Made by a program: the position numbers and the translations under genes. A DNA stretch of 64,000 nt from Nitrospirota bacterium. GTDB taxonomy: Bacteria; Nitrospirota; UBA9217. Positions 1-9,259 of the stretch are shown piece by piece. The stretch lies in NCBI GenBank assembly GCA_963749655.1, contig CAVVOB010000030.1, forward strand, positions 224,001 through 288,000, in the 5' to 3' direction. The notes under the pieces were generated by a model. The model worked only from the letters and a program-made list of their open reading frames with translations. It was not told the DNA's origin and did not search any database. The first letter of the stretch is position 1, and each line of letters starts with the position of its first letter.

Positions 1-897
1 TACATACAGTGGTATCCCACGCTCCGGTGCAATCGGGCCTGCGATTTCTGTTTCAACCGCTCCCTGTCTCCGCTTCCGGACATGACGGCTGCGGATTTCA
101 CGGCGATGCTTTGCACGCTCGACCGGGCCGGTGTCCGGACCCTCGACATCATGGGCGGTGAGCCGACACTGCATGTGGATATCGTCGCTTTTGTGCGCGA
201 GGCTGCCTCGTCGGGCTTCAGCATTAATATCAGTTCGAACGGTTCGAATCCCGGTGTTCTTTCGGAACTCATGGACGCGGGGGAGGCGGTGACGGTCGGC
301 ATTTCGATCAATGATGGGGAAACACTTGTCCGGCTCAGGGATTTCATCCAAGAGCATAGACCGGTGGTCAAATCCCTGTTCAGCCGGAACACAGACCATG
401 ACATGATCGGGGACATTCTTTCGCTCCAGCCGAAGAAATTCTATTTGATCTACCGCGATGCGCTTCATCAACGGGAGCTTGGAGACACCGTCCCGTTCCC
501 CGAGTTTGCGACGACGATAGAAAACAGCTTTCCTTCAGCTCAGGTCGGCACGGTCTTCTGCTCAGGTTTTCTTCCCGATAGGTCGAGCTTGCCCGAGCTT
601 GCGGCTGTCCGGTGCCCCGCAGGTACGACCAAACTGGGCGTGCTGCCTGATGGGTCAGTTTATCCCTGCAACCTCTTTTTCGGCATGAAGGACTTTTTTC
701 TCGGCAACCTGCTTCGCAGTCCCTTTGAACATATCCTGCAGCACCAGGCGCTTGCCTGTTTCCGCAGTTTTGCCGGAAACCCCTGCACACAGGCGGTCTG
801 CCGGTTCCATGCGCAATGCCACGGCGGTTGCCCGGCCCAAAGCCTTTTACTCGCCGGCAATCTGAGCGCGCCGGATCCGCGATGCAATCCCTGTTGA
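1..897 (+). CDS. Radical SAM/SPASM domain protein (5'-truncated by window edge)
   Basis: Frame 1 is open from base 1: YIQWYPTLRCNRACDFCFN gives CxxxCxxC. GGEP motif present. C-terminal SPASM cysteines (CPAG...DGSVYPC...CxxxxCxxxxxCxGGCP...PDPRC). Confidence 0.9.
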   Translation, partial: YIQWYPTLRCNRACDFCFNRSLSPLPDMTAADFTAMLCTLDRAGVRTLDIMGGEPTLHVDIVAFVREAASSGFSINISSNGSNPGVLSELMDAGEAVTVGISINDGETLVRLRDFIQEHRPVVKSLFSRNTDHDMIGDILSLQPKKFYLIYRDALHQRELGDTVPFPEFATTIENSFPSAQVGTVFCSGFLPDRSSLPELAAVRCPAGTTKLGVLPDGSVYPCNLFFGMKDFFLGNLLRSPFEHILQHQALACFRSFAGNPCTQAVCRFHAQCHGGCPAQSLLLAGNLSAPDPRCNPC

Positions 898-985
898 CCG
901 CTGGACAGGGCAAATCCGATATTCCTGCAGTGTGATGGTGCGCTTCTGATATAATAATGAAAACTTGAACAGAGGAGGCTTGTTT

Positions 986-1261
986 ATGGTTACAGCCCTG
1001 GTACTGTTGACTGTGGCGCGAGACAAGGTAAACAAGGTCGCAGAGACGCTGGCGGACATGGACGGCATCACCGAAGTTTATTCAGTGGCAGGACGCTTCG
1101 ATCTGGCCGTGATCATCCGCGTCAAGGATAACGACCAGATGGCGGAGATGGTGACGAATCACATGCTGAAGGTGGATGGGATTCTTACTTCGGAGACGCT
1201 TATAGCCTTCCGTGTCCACTCCCGCCACGATCTGGAAAGTATGTTCTCCATCGGCCTGTAA
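986..1261 (+). CDS. Stand-alone Lrp/AsnC ligand-binding (RAM) domain protein, no HTH
   Basis: EVYSVAGRFDL...GILTSETLIAF pattern; GGAGG SD before ATG 986. Confidence 0.85.
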   Translation: MVTALVLLTVARDKVNKVAETLADMDGITEVYSVAGRFDLAVIIRVKDNDQMAEMVTNHMLKVDGILTSETLIAFRVHSRHDLESMFSIGL

Positions 1262-1464
1262 GAGACATACAAGCATCAGGACCCGACCTACCCACCCTTC
1301 CTCAGGATATTCATGTCCGCTATCATGCATTTGCGGAACCGGAGGAATGCCGCTTTGCGCCTGAGCGAGCCGCAAAATATCGTTGTGTGCGTTCTCGAAA
1401 TAGTATAAAATGACTGCACTTTTTGTTGCAGTTCTCCATTTCCCAAATTCGTTCAGGAGGTAAC

Positions 1465-2823
1465 ATGAGACAGACGAAGATCACCCTTTCAGACAAGGAA
1501 ATTCCGACCAAATGGTACAATATCATGGCCGATATGCCGAATCTGCCCAAGCCGCCGCTCCATCCGGCGACCAAGCAGCCTGTGGGACCCGATGACCTCA
1601 AGCCGATTTTCCCCATGGACCTGATCCTTCAGGAAGTGAGCCGGGACCGCTGGATCGATATCCCAGAGGAAGTGCTCGACATCTATACTCTCTGGAGGCC
1701 GTCGCCGCTCTTTCGCGCCCACCGGCTCGAAAAGGCCCTCGGCACGCCTGCCAAGATCTATTACAAGTACGAAGGCGTGAGCCCTGCCGGCAGCCACAAG
1801 CCGAATACCTCCATTCCGCAGGCCTTCTACAACAAGAAGGCGGGCATCAAGCGCATCGCCACCGAGACGGGAGCGGGCCAGTGGGGCTCGTCCATGGCGC
1901 TCGCCGGCAAGCTCTTCGGCCTCGACGTGACGGTCTACATGGTGAAGGTGAGTTTCGGCCAGAAGCCTTACCGCAGGATGATGATGGAGACCTGGGGCGC
2001 TACGGTGCACGCGAGCCCGTCTACGTTGACCAATGCGGGCAGGAAGATCCTCGAGGTTGATCCCAACAGCACGGGCAGTCTCGGCATCGCCATCTCCGAG
2101 GCTGTGGAGGACGCGGCAACGCACAACGATACGAATTATGCTCTCGGGTCGGTCCTGAACCATGTGTGCCTCCACCAGACGGTCATCGGCCAGGAAGCAA
2201 AGAAGCAGCTGGAAATCGCCGGCGATTATCCCGATGTGGTCATTGCCTGCTGCGGCGGCGGGAGCAACTTCGCGGGGATCGCGTTCCCCTTTCTCCAAGA
2301 CAAGCTGACCGGCGGAAAGAAGAATCTCCGGGCCATCGCGGTGGAGCCGACGTCCTGCCCGACGCTCACCAAGGGGGAGTTCTGCTACGACTACGGAGAC
2401 GTGGCGGGCATGACGCCGCTGCTGACCATGTACACCCTGGGCCACGACTTCATGCCCTCGGGCATCCACGCCGGCGGGCTGCGCTACCACGGCGACTCCC
2501 CGCTCGTTTCCCAGCTCTACCACGACAAGATCATCGAGGCCCGGGCTTACGGTCAGACAAAATGCTTTGAGGCGGCGGTGCTCTTTGCCGGGACGGAGTC
2601 GATCATTCCGGCGCCGGAAAGCAGCCATGCGGTACGGGCGGCGATCGACGAAGCGCTGCTGGCCAAGCAGGAAGGGAAGCAGAAGACCATCCTCTTCAAC
2701 CTGAGCGGCCACGGATACCTCGATTTGCAGGCCTATGCCGATTACCGGGAAGGCAAGTTGTTCGACCACGAGCACCCGGAAGCGGACATCAAGAAGGCGC
2801 TCGAGAAACTGCCAAAAATCTGA
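1465..2823 (+). CDS. trpB2: TrpB-like PLP enzyme (TrpB2, tryptophan synthase beta type 2)
   Basis: [41 protein letters not shown] motifs; AGGAGG SD before ATG 1465; no adjacent trpA. Confidence 0.93.
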   Translation: MRQTKITLSDKEIPTKWYNIMADMPNLPKPPLHPATKQPVGPDDLKPIFPMDLILQEVSRDRWIDIPEEVLDIYTLWRPSPLFRAHRLEKALGTPAKIYYKYEGVSPAGSHKPNTSIPQAFYNKKAGIKRIATETGAGQWGSSMALAGKLFGLDVTVYMVKVSFGQKPYRRMMMETWGATVHASPSTLTNAGRKILEVDPNSTGSLGIAISEAVEDAATHNDTNYALGSVLNHVCLHQTVIGQEAKKQLEIAGDYPDVVIACCGGGSNFAGIAFPFLQDKLTGGKKNLRAIAVEPTSCPTLTKGEFCYDYGDVAGMTPLLTMYTLGHDFMPSGIHAGGLRYHGDSPLVSQLYHDKIIEARAYGQTKCFEAAVLFAGTESIIPAPESSHAVRAAIDEALLAKQEGKQKTILFNLSGHGYLDLQAYADYREGKLFDHEHPEADIKKALEKLPKI

Positions 2824-2837
2824 ATGAGAGAAATTTC

Positions 2838-2871
2838 AAAGCTCCCCGCTTTCCGGCGGGGAGCTTTTTTT
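2838..2871 (+). terminator. Rho-independent terminator after trpB2
   Basis: AAAGCTCCCCGC-loop-GCGGGGAGCTTT followed by T-run. Confidence 0.9.
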
Positions 2872-3045
2872 GTCTGTGGGTCCGGCCTGGTTACGGCTGC
2901 GGCAGGGAAGGAACAGCTTCACGCGGATGAAACATTTCCCTAATGCATTACGACCGGTCTTTTGTATCGGAGGGTCAGCTAGGAGGTTTGCAGCAGCGAA
3001 ACGGAACTGCGCAGGCAGTTGGTGCGGGATTCGCAGATGCGATCT

Positions 3046-3723
3046 TTACACTTTATCCTTCAGATGGTCGAGGGCATTGCGGGCAACCAGGAAGTTACCG
3101 CCGACTTCCTTGATGATGCCCTTGGTATAAAGAACTTTCATGCATTTCGAGACAGCCTCCCTCGATGAACCGATGCGGGCCGAGAGCTCCTTGTGGGTCA
3201 GCTTTGTCGCTTTGAGATACCCTTTCATGTCGGACTGGTCCGCGGCCGATCCATCGAGAAGCGTTCTGATGAGCCGCTCGCCCACTTCGAGAAAAGCGAG
3301 GGATTCGATCATGTCGTCTGCCTTGCGCAGCCGGTCGGCAAGCGTTGCCATGAGTTCGACCGCCAGCTTCGGTTCCTTGTACACCAGGTCGAGGAAGACG
3401 TCCTTTTTCAGAACAGCGAGTTCGGAGTCGTCGTCGGCCACAATGGTGGCCGAGCGTCCTTTGCCGTCGAGGAGGCTCAGTTCGCCGAAGAAAGCCCCCT
3501 TTTCGAACTGCGCAAGGACGATCTCGTCACCTTCCTCGTCGATAAGCACTGCTTTGAGCTTTCCTGAATTGACGATGTAGAGGTCGGTGCTGAGATCAGT
3601 CCGGTGGAAGATCACATCGCCCTTCCGGTACCGGGCGCTCTTGCAGCGTACGGCGATCTCCTTGACCTGAGAATCCTTGAGGTGTTTGAAAAGCGGAATG
3701 TTCCTGATGTATTCGGTGAGCAT
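3046..3723 (-). CDS. Crp/Fnr family transcriptional regulator
   Basis: cNMP-binding motif FFGELSLLDGKGRSAT; C-terminal HTH LTHKELSARIGSSREAVSK. Confidence 0.92.
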   Translation of the reverse strand: MLTEYIRNIPLFKHLKDSQVKEIAVRCKSARYRKGDVIFHRTDLSTDLYIVNSGKLKAVLIDEEGDEIVLAQFEKGAFFGELSLLDGKGRSATIVADDDSELAVLKKDVFLDLVYKEPKLAVELMATLADRLRKADDMIESLAFLEVGERLIRTLLDGSAADQSDMKGYLKATKLTHKELSARIGSSREAVSKCMKVLYTKGIIKEVGGNFLVARNALDHLKDKV

Positions 3724-3896
3724 GTTTTCTGCGGCGTGAAGGTTTCGCTCCCGGGAAATGAAGCGCCATCCCCTCCCTGCCTCCCCCCCTCGTCAGTGAA
3801 AAGAATTTCGGAGACGGACCTGACCGGATATGCCCGTCCCCGAGCAGCACGCTCACACGGCACAGTAAGTCAGCAGCCGCACCGGCATCGGCAGCG

Positions 3897-4928
3897 TTAC
3901 ATTTTATGGCAGTTCACGCACAGGGTTTCCGAGGACATGGCCTTGAATCTGAAAAGACGCCCGCCTTCCGAGCTGTGCGGTTCGTGGCAGCTGCCGCAGT
4001 AAAAAGGCCTGCCTTTGCGCGCCGGGTCCTTCAGGTCTCTCAGCTTGCCCGCTTTATTTTTTTTGACGATCCCTCCCAGCGGGTGGCGGCCCCCCGTAAA
4101 GCCGGAAACCGCATGGGGGTTGTTCGGCACATCAGGGTGGCAACCCAGGCAGAGATCATAGGGCTTGTTGCTGAGCAGGGCAATTTCGTCGGAGGCGTGC
4201 GGTACATGGCAGCTCAGGCATTCGCCTCCCATGACAGGCGGATGAACGACCTTGCGGGTGAATTCTCCCTTGTCGTGGCACGTGAAGCACAGGTCCGGGA
4301 CCGGGGCTACAGTGAGTTTCGAATTCTGCGATGAATGAGGACTGTGGCACCCCGTGCATCCCATGCCGACGGCCGCGTGGATATTTTTCTTTGTGAAAGG
4401 GGCCTTGTCATGACAGCCGAAACAAAGGTTAGGCTGCTCCGCAGTGAGGAGCTTCGGGGCGTCCGATGAATGAGGATTGTGGCAGCTGGTGCAACCCATT
4501 CCCAGTGCAGCGTGTACGGTCTTCTGCGTGAACAGCGACTTGTCATGGCATTCGTAGCAAAGATCGGGAAGCGCTGATTTCAGGAGCTTCGCGTTTTTTG
4601 TTGCGTGAGGATTGTGGCAGCTGGTGCAACCCATGCCTAGGGCCGCATGCACGGTCTTCTTGCCGAAGATAGCCTTGTCGTGGCAGCTGTAGCACAGCTC
4701 GGGTTGGGGCGCCATGAGCGAACGTGCTATCTTGCCTTTTTTATGCGGAAGTGACTGGAAGTTCTCGGCTTCGTGGCAGGAAACACAGCCCATCTCAAGG
4801 GCCTGGTGCAGGACCGGTTCTTTCTTGAGATAACCATGGCATTTGATGCAGTCCAGCTCCTCGCCTTGCGCGGAGAAGGGAATGAGAACGGCAAATATCA
4901 GGGCCGGGTACAGAAATCGAGACCTCAT
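3897..4928 (-). CDS. Secreted 13-heme cytochrome c with paired (doubled) CxxCH repeats
   Basis: 13 CxxCH motifs counted. Signal peptide MRSRFLYPALIFAVLIPFSAQG. AAGGAG SD 9 nt before ATG 4928, preferred over the ORF-track start at 5033. Confidence 0.92.
   Translation of the reverse strand: MRSRFLYPALIFAVLIPFSAQGEELDCIKCHGYLKKEPVLHQALEMGCVSCHEAENFQSLPHKKGKIARSLMAPQPELCYSCHDKAIFGKKTVHAALGMGCTSCHNPHATKNAKLLKSALPDLCYECHDKSLFTQKTVHAALGMGCTSCHNPHSSDAPKLLTAEQPNLCFGCHDKAPFTKKNIHAAVGMGCTGCHSPHSSQNSKLTVAPVPDLCFTCHDKGEFTRKVVHPPVMGGECLSCHVPHASDEIALLSNKPYDLCLGCHPDVPNNPHAVSGFTGGRHPLGGIVKKNKAGKLRDLKDPARKGRPFYCGSCHEPHSSEGGRLFRFKAMSSETLCVNCHKM
4155..4697 (-). repeat. Four tandem ~135-bp (45-46 aa) intragenic di-heme repeat units
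   Basis: Unit LCxxCHDK..F.KK.VH.A.GMGCTxCHxPH repeated; GAGGATTGTGGCAGCTGGTGCAACCCAT recurs 135 bp apart. Confidence 0.85.
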
Positions 4929-4986
4929 GGCACGCATCTCCTTTCGGTCGAGCCAAAATACTTTCCGGGCGCCCTTAACGCTGCAA

Positions 4987-5015
4987 AGAATAGCATTGTC
5001 ATCCGCTAAAATCAA
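4987..5015 (-). promoter_or_regulatory. Putative sigma70 promoter for the cytochrome gene
   Basis: Minus strand TTGATT-17 nt-TATTCT with extended TG. Confidence 0.5.
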
Positions 5016-5552
5016 GCAATTTAGTGGCTTCACCTCGGCGAGAAGAAAAGATCCCCCTATCCGGTGAGCGTATCAGCATGTTGTTGCAATGATGCGGAAC
5101 TTTATATGCAATCACCCGTGAACGGCCTGACCTGCTGGACGATCCGGCCAGTAGATGTACAATGCCGAAAGAACTCGTCCTGAACAATGCCCCCGATACG
5201 CTCTGGATCAGGTGTGGGATGGAGTAACGACTGTGGTTGTCAAGAAAGTGGATTGCCGGCGTGCAGATCGCGAGGTCCAACCCAGAAAAGGGCGGCCGGC
5301 AGCGGCTAAGAGCTTGATTGAATTTCTCGACTGCTGGGAAAATATTTCGGTCCTGCGGCTGCGGGAGACAAGCGTCTTTTCTATGCATTCTGGGGCGGAA
5401 CGGCGACAACGGCCTCTATGCAAAGCGAAGGAATGCGAGCAGTGGTCGGAGGGCAACAAAGACAAGCCGAGCAAACAGGGAAAAGGTGTTGAAGGCGCCC
5501 GAGTCGAAAAACTACCTGGTCTGTCCCAGTGCACTCCGGCTGTCGAGAACAC

Positions 5553-5581
5553 AAAAAGACCGGCGTGCAGCCGATCTTTTT
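5553..5581 (-). terminator. Terminator downstream of tRNA-Leu (possibly bidirectional)
   Basis: Minus strand AAAAAGATCGGC-TGCAC-GCCGGTCTTTTT. Confidence 0.75.
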
Positions 5582-5594
5582 AGGTGATATTCAG

Positions 5595-5681
5595 TGGTGC
5601 CGGCGGTCGGAATCGAACCGACATGGAGTTGCCCCCGGAGGATTTTGAGTCCTCTGCGTCTACCAATTTCACCACGCCGGC
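5595..5681 (-). tRNA. tRNA-Leu (CAA)
   Basis: Acceptor stem GCCGGCG/CGCCGGC, anticodon loop CTCAAAA, long variable arm, GGTTCGATTCC, encoded CCA. Confidence 0.96.
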
Positions 5682-5855
5682 ACGGAGTAGAAATTACACT
5701 AACGCCACCCTCCCTGTCAAGCGAAAAGGCGCTTCGTAGACCGCGAGAAACGGCCCCTTTTTGCTCTCCCGCCCCGGAACCCTCAGGCAGGTATGGTATG
5801 CTCATGCTCTCGGCTTCGGGACTCTCTCTCGCTGACCAGCAACGGGTAAAAAGGC

Positions 5856-5884
5856 TTGCATCTTCCAACCGCGCTTTGTATAAT
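5856..5884 (+). promoter_or_regulatory. sigma70-type promoter, likely giving a (near-)leaderless mRNA
   Basis: TTGCAT-17-TATAAT; ATG only 8 nt after the -10; no SD. Confidence 0.6.
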
Positions 5885-5892
5885 AACTATCT

Positions 5893-6366
5893 ATGCTTAC
5901 GGGGTACAATACGGACTTCAAGTTCCAGGGCAAGATCTATCATGTCCAAACCGAAGACGGTGGTACCGCCAGTCCATACATAACCTCGCTCCTTTACTAC
6001 CAGGGCGCAATTCTTGCTTCACGGAAGACGAGCTACGCCGACATTCTCAAGGCCGATTGCCTGGATGAGGTCGTCCGGGATCTGATGATGGAGCAGCACA
6101 AGCAGATGATCCGCGACCTGATGCAGGGAAGGCTGGACCTCAATAACGCTCCGCACGAGGCTGCCTATCATGCTCCGTCCGCTTCGAAGGAAGTGAAGAT
6201 CGAGCCCGCAAAGGCCGAAGCCACGAAGCCGGAAGCAGCGAAACCCGCGCCGCCGGCGCCGCCGAAGAAAGAAACGCCGGCAGTGGAAGAAAAGGACAAG
6301 AGTCTGGATGACATCATCCTGGATTTTCTCGCCCAGGAGCAGAGGGACAGGAACGAGAAAAAGTAG
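5893..6366 (+). CDS. Conserved hypothetical protein resembling myxobacterial RomY
   Basis: N-terminal GYNTD..YHVQTED..ILASRKTSYADIL..LM.EQHK.M domain, Pro/Ala/Lys linker, C-terminal SLDDIILDFL motif. Similarity to RomY is from recall, not a search. Confidence 0.6.
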   Translation: MLTGYNTDFKFQGKIYHVQTEDGGTASPYITSLLYYQGAILASRKTSYADILKADCLDEVVRDLMMEQHKQMIRDLMQGRLDLNNAPHEAAYHAPSASKEVKIEPAKAEATKPEAAKPAPPAPPKKETPAVEEKDKSLDDIILDFLAQEQRDRNEKK

Positions 6367-6484
6367 GAAGGAAGTAAACGGCGGAACCGTGGAGAGCGGG
6401 AGCCCGGGAGCAACGTCCGTGCCGCAGTTGCACGGCAACGATGGTTATTAGGAAGGATTCTTCGAATCAGAGGAGGTTTTCTGA

Positions 6485-7328
6485 ATGGCGGCAACTGCTG
6501 AGCAGGTCAAAAAGCTGATGGAAAAAGCGCGGAGGATCAGGATCGACATCCTGAAGATGTTGACCGACTGCGGGTCCGGTCATACGGGTGGGAGTCTCTC
6601 CGCGGCCGATATCGCGACGGCTTTGTACTTCTATAAAATGAAGTACGATCCGAAAAATCCGGGCTGGAAGGGCCGCGACTATTTTATACTTTCCAAGGGT
6701 CATGCGGCGCCGCTGTTGTACACGGTACTGGCCCATGCAGGGTTCATCGAACACGCTGAACTTTGCACGCTTCGTAAGATGGGGTCCCGGTTGCAGGGGC
6801 ATCCTGACAGCAAATACCTTCCTGGCGTCGAAATTTCTACGGGATCTCTCGGCCAAGGGTCTTTCTGTGGCCTGTGGTATCGCTTTGGGGAACAAGCTTG
6901 ATAAAACATCCAGCCGCGTTTATGCTCTTCTCGGCGACGGCGAACAGCAGGAAGGTCAGATCTGGGAAGCCGCCATGACCGCGGCGCACTACAAGCTCGA
7001 TAACCTCTGCGCCTTCGTGGATAACAACGGACTTCAGATCGACGGTCCGGTCGCCAAGGTTATGGGGGTGGAGCCGATTGTGGACAAGTGGCGCGCCTTC
7101 GGCTGGGAGGTCATCGACATCGACGGCCATGACATGGCGAAGATCACGACAGCTCTCGACAGTGCGGAGACGGTGAAGGGCAAGCCGACGATGATCGTCT
7201 GCAGGACCGTGAAGGGCAAGGGATCAAAAGTGTTCGAGGGGAAAGTGGAGTTCCATGGAGCGACGCCTTCGAAGGAAGAACTCGAGATCGCGATGAAGGA
7301 ACTGTCTGAAGAAATAGTTTGTAAATAA
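6485..7328 (+). CDS. Transketolase N-terminal (TPP-binding) subunit, frameshifted at ~6857-6859
   Basis: SGHTGGSLS, LSKGHAAP, LQGHP, GDGE..EGQIWEA. Removing one G from CAAGGGT restores GSLGQGLSVACG. Confidence 0.9.
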
Positions 7329-7417
7329 ATTTGCGGAACGTGGATTTTCGAAGTGCGGTTGAAGAGCTGTTAATCCGCAACCAACAATCCGAAAGTCGAA
7401 ATAAGACGGGGGTCAAT

Positions 7418-8368
7418 GTGAGTCAGGCACAGCAAAAGATTGCCACAAGAGATGCGTACGGGGATGCGCTGGTGAGTCTCGGAAAGAAACGGGACGACGT
7501 GGTCGTCCTCGACGCCGATCTTTCAGGGTCGACGAAGACGTCGAAGTTCGCCAAGGCGTTTCCCGACCGGTTCTTCAACATCGGCATCGCCGAGCAGGAC
7601 ATGGTCGGCACAGCGGCCGGACTTGCCATCGCAGGAAAACTGCCCTTTGCAAGCACGTTCGCGGTCTTCGCAACGGGGAGGGCATGGGAGCAGGTAAGAC
7701 AGTCAGTATGCTACCCGAACCTGAACGTGAAGATCGTAGCGAGCCACGCCGGGATCACCGTGGGTGAGGATGGCGGTTCACACCAGTCCGTGGAGGATAT
7801 AGCGCTCATGCGGGTGCTTCCCCATATGACCGTCATCGTCCCCGCCGACGGGCCCGAGACGCTTCAGGCCATTGAAGCGGCGGCAGAGCATAAGGGGCCC
7901 TGCTACGTGCGCGTGGGAAGAAACAAGGTCCCTACGCTCTTCGGCGACGATTACAAGTTCAGGATCGGCAAGGCCCACGTGTTCAACGAGGGCAAGGACG
8001 TGGCCATCATCGCAACGGGCCTCATGGTGGCCGAGGCGATCAAGGCGCGGGATTTGCTCAAGGCGGAGGGGATCGATGCAGGTGTGATCAACATGTCCAC
8101 CATCAAACCCCTCGACGCGGATGCGGTAATCGCCGCTGCCAAACGGACCGGTGCGATCGTGACGGCGGAGGAGCATTCGATCATAGGCGGCCTGGGCGGG
8201 GCCGTGGCTGAAGTTCTGGCCGAATCGGCTCCCACACCGCTTGTGCGCATCGGCGTCCGCGACGCCTTCGGCACTTCGGGGGACTACGAGGGTCTTCTGA
8301 AACACTACGGCATGTCGGCTGACCACATCGCCGCTGCAGCCAAAGAGGCAATCAGGAAAAAACGGTGA
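7418..8368 (+). CDS. Transketolase C-terminal subunit
   Basis: ATRDAYG, DADLSGST, GIAEQDM, GEDGGSHQ, EEHSIIGGLG; GTG start after GGGGG. Confidence 0.92.
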   Translation: MSQAQQKIATRDAYGDALVSLGKKRDDVVVLDADLSGSTKTSKFAKAFPDRFFNIGIAEQDMVGTAAGLAIAGKLPFASTFAVFATGRAWEQVRQSVCYPNLNVKIVASHAGITVGEDGGSHQSVEDIALMRVLPHMTVIVPADGPETLQAIEAAAEHKGPCYVRVGRNKVPTLFGDDYKFRIGKAHVFNEGKDVAIIATGLMVAEAIKARDLLKAEGIDAGVINMSTIKPLDADAVIAAAKRTGAIVTAEEHSIIGGLGGAVAEVLAESAPTPLVRIGVRDAFGTSGDYEGLLKHYGMSADHIAAAAKEAIRKKR

Positions 8369-8518
8369 TGGCGAAACGATGCAAATCCCCAATCGCAAAT
8401 CGCGATTCCTGAAAAGTACGCCCCATCCAAAATTCCAGGCTCCCGAACACAAGGGGTGTTGGCCTTCGCTCTTGGGAGTGTATTTGACGTTCGGATGTTG
8501 CCATTTGAGATTTGCCTC

Positions 8519-9259
8519 ATGATCCAGCTCTACCGGGTGACCAAATACTATGAGGGCGTCCCCGCCCTGAGCGACGTGAGCTTCGTCGTGGACAAGGGGG
8601 AATTCGTGTTTATCACCGGCCCCAGCGGGGCCGGAAAGACCACGCTCCTCAAAATAATTTTCTGCGCGGAACATGCCGACGAGGGACAGATCATCCTCCA
8701 GGGCATGAACACCTTCCGTCTGAAACCTTCGACCATTCCCTACCTCAGGCGGAACATGGGCTTCGTGTTCCAGGACTACAAGCTTCTTCCCCACAAGACG
8801 GTGTTCGACAACATCACGCTGGCCCTCAAGGTTGTGGGCGCGCCTCGCGGTGAGATTGACCGGCGCGCCTACCTGGTTCTTAAGAAAGTCGGCATGGAGG
8901 AGAAGCGTCACCTGACGCCGCCGAAACTCTCGGGGGGAGAGCAGCAGAAGGTCGCCGTGGCCCGCGCGCTCGTGAATGAGCCGCAGGTGCTTCTTGCGGA
9001 TGAACCGACAGGCAATCTGGATCCGCAAAGCGCCCAGGAGGTGTTCCGATTGTTCCGGGACATCAATATGAAAGGGACGACGGTTCTGGTGGCTACGCAC
9101 GATCGGGAAATAGTGAAAAAAATGCAGCGCAGGATCATCAGCATGGAGGGCGGCAGGGTCATTGACGACGGCAGCCGTTCTACGACGGGCCTCCCCTCCC
9201 TTGCACCGAGGACCGACGTGGCCGCAACCGGGTCATTCCCGCGTGAAGGAGAACCGTGA
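8519..9259 (+). CDS. ftsE: Cell division ATP-binding protein FtsE
   Basis: Walker A GPSGAGKT, VFQDYKLL, LSGGEQQ, ADEPTGNLD; upstream of ftsX. Confidence 0.92.
   Translation: MIQLYRVTKYYEGVPALSDVSFVVDKGEFVFITGPSGAGKTTLLKIIFCAEHADEGQIILQGMNTFRLKPSTIPYLRRNMGFVFQDYKLLPHKTVFDNITLALKVVGAPRGEIDRRAYLVLKKVGMEEKRHLTPPKLSGGEQQKVAVARALVNEPQVLLADEPTGNLDPQSAQEVFRLFRDINMKGTTVLVATHDREIVKKMQRRIISMEGGRVIDDGSRSTTGLPSLAPRTDVAATGSFPREGEP

Noticed and set aside
1489-2775. Long antisense ORFs (also 7778-9100, 23211-24221, 32756-33868, 39795-41033, 44493-45629, 62630-63652)
   Set aside because: Shadows of well-conserved sense genes caused by codon bias; no motifs of their own.
2872-5600. Integrated element at the tRNA-Leu 3' end carrying the cytochrome and crp genes
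   Set aside because: No integrase and no convincing duplicated tRNA 3' end (only a 6-nt TGGTGC match near 3020).
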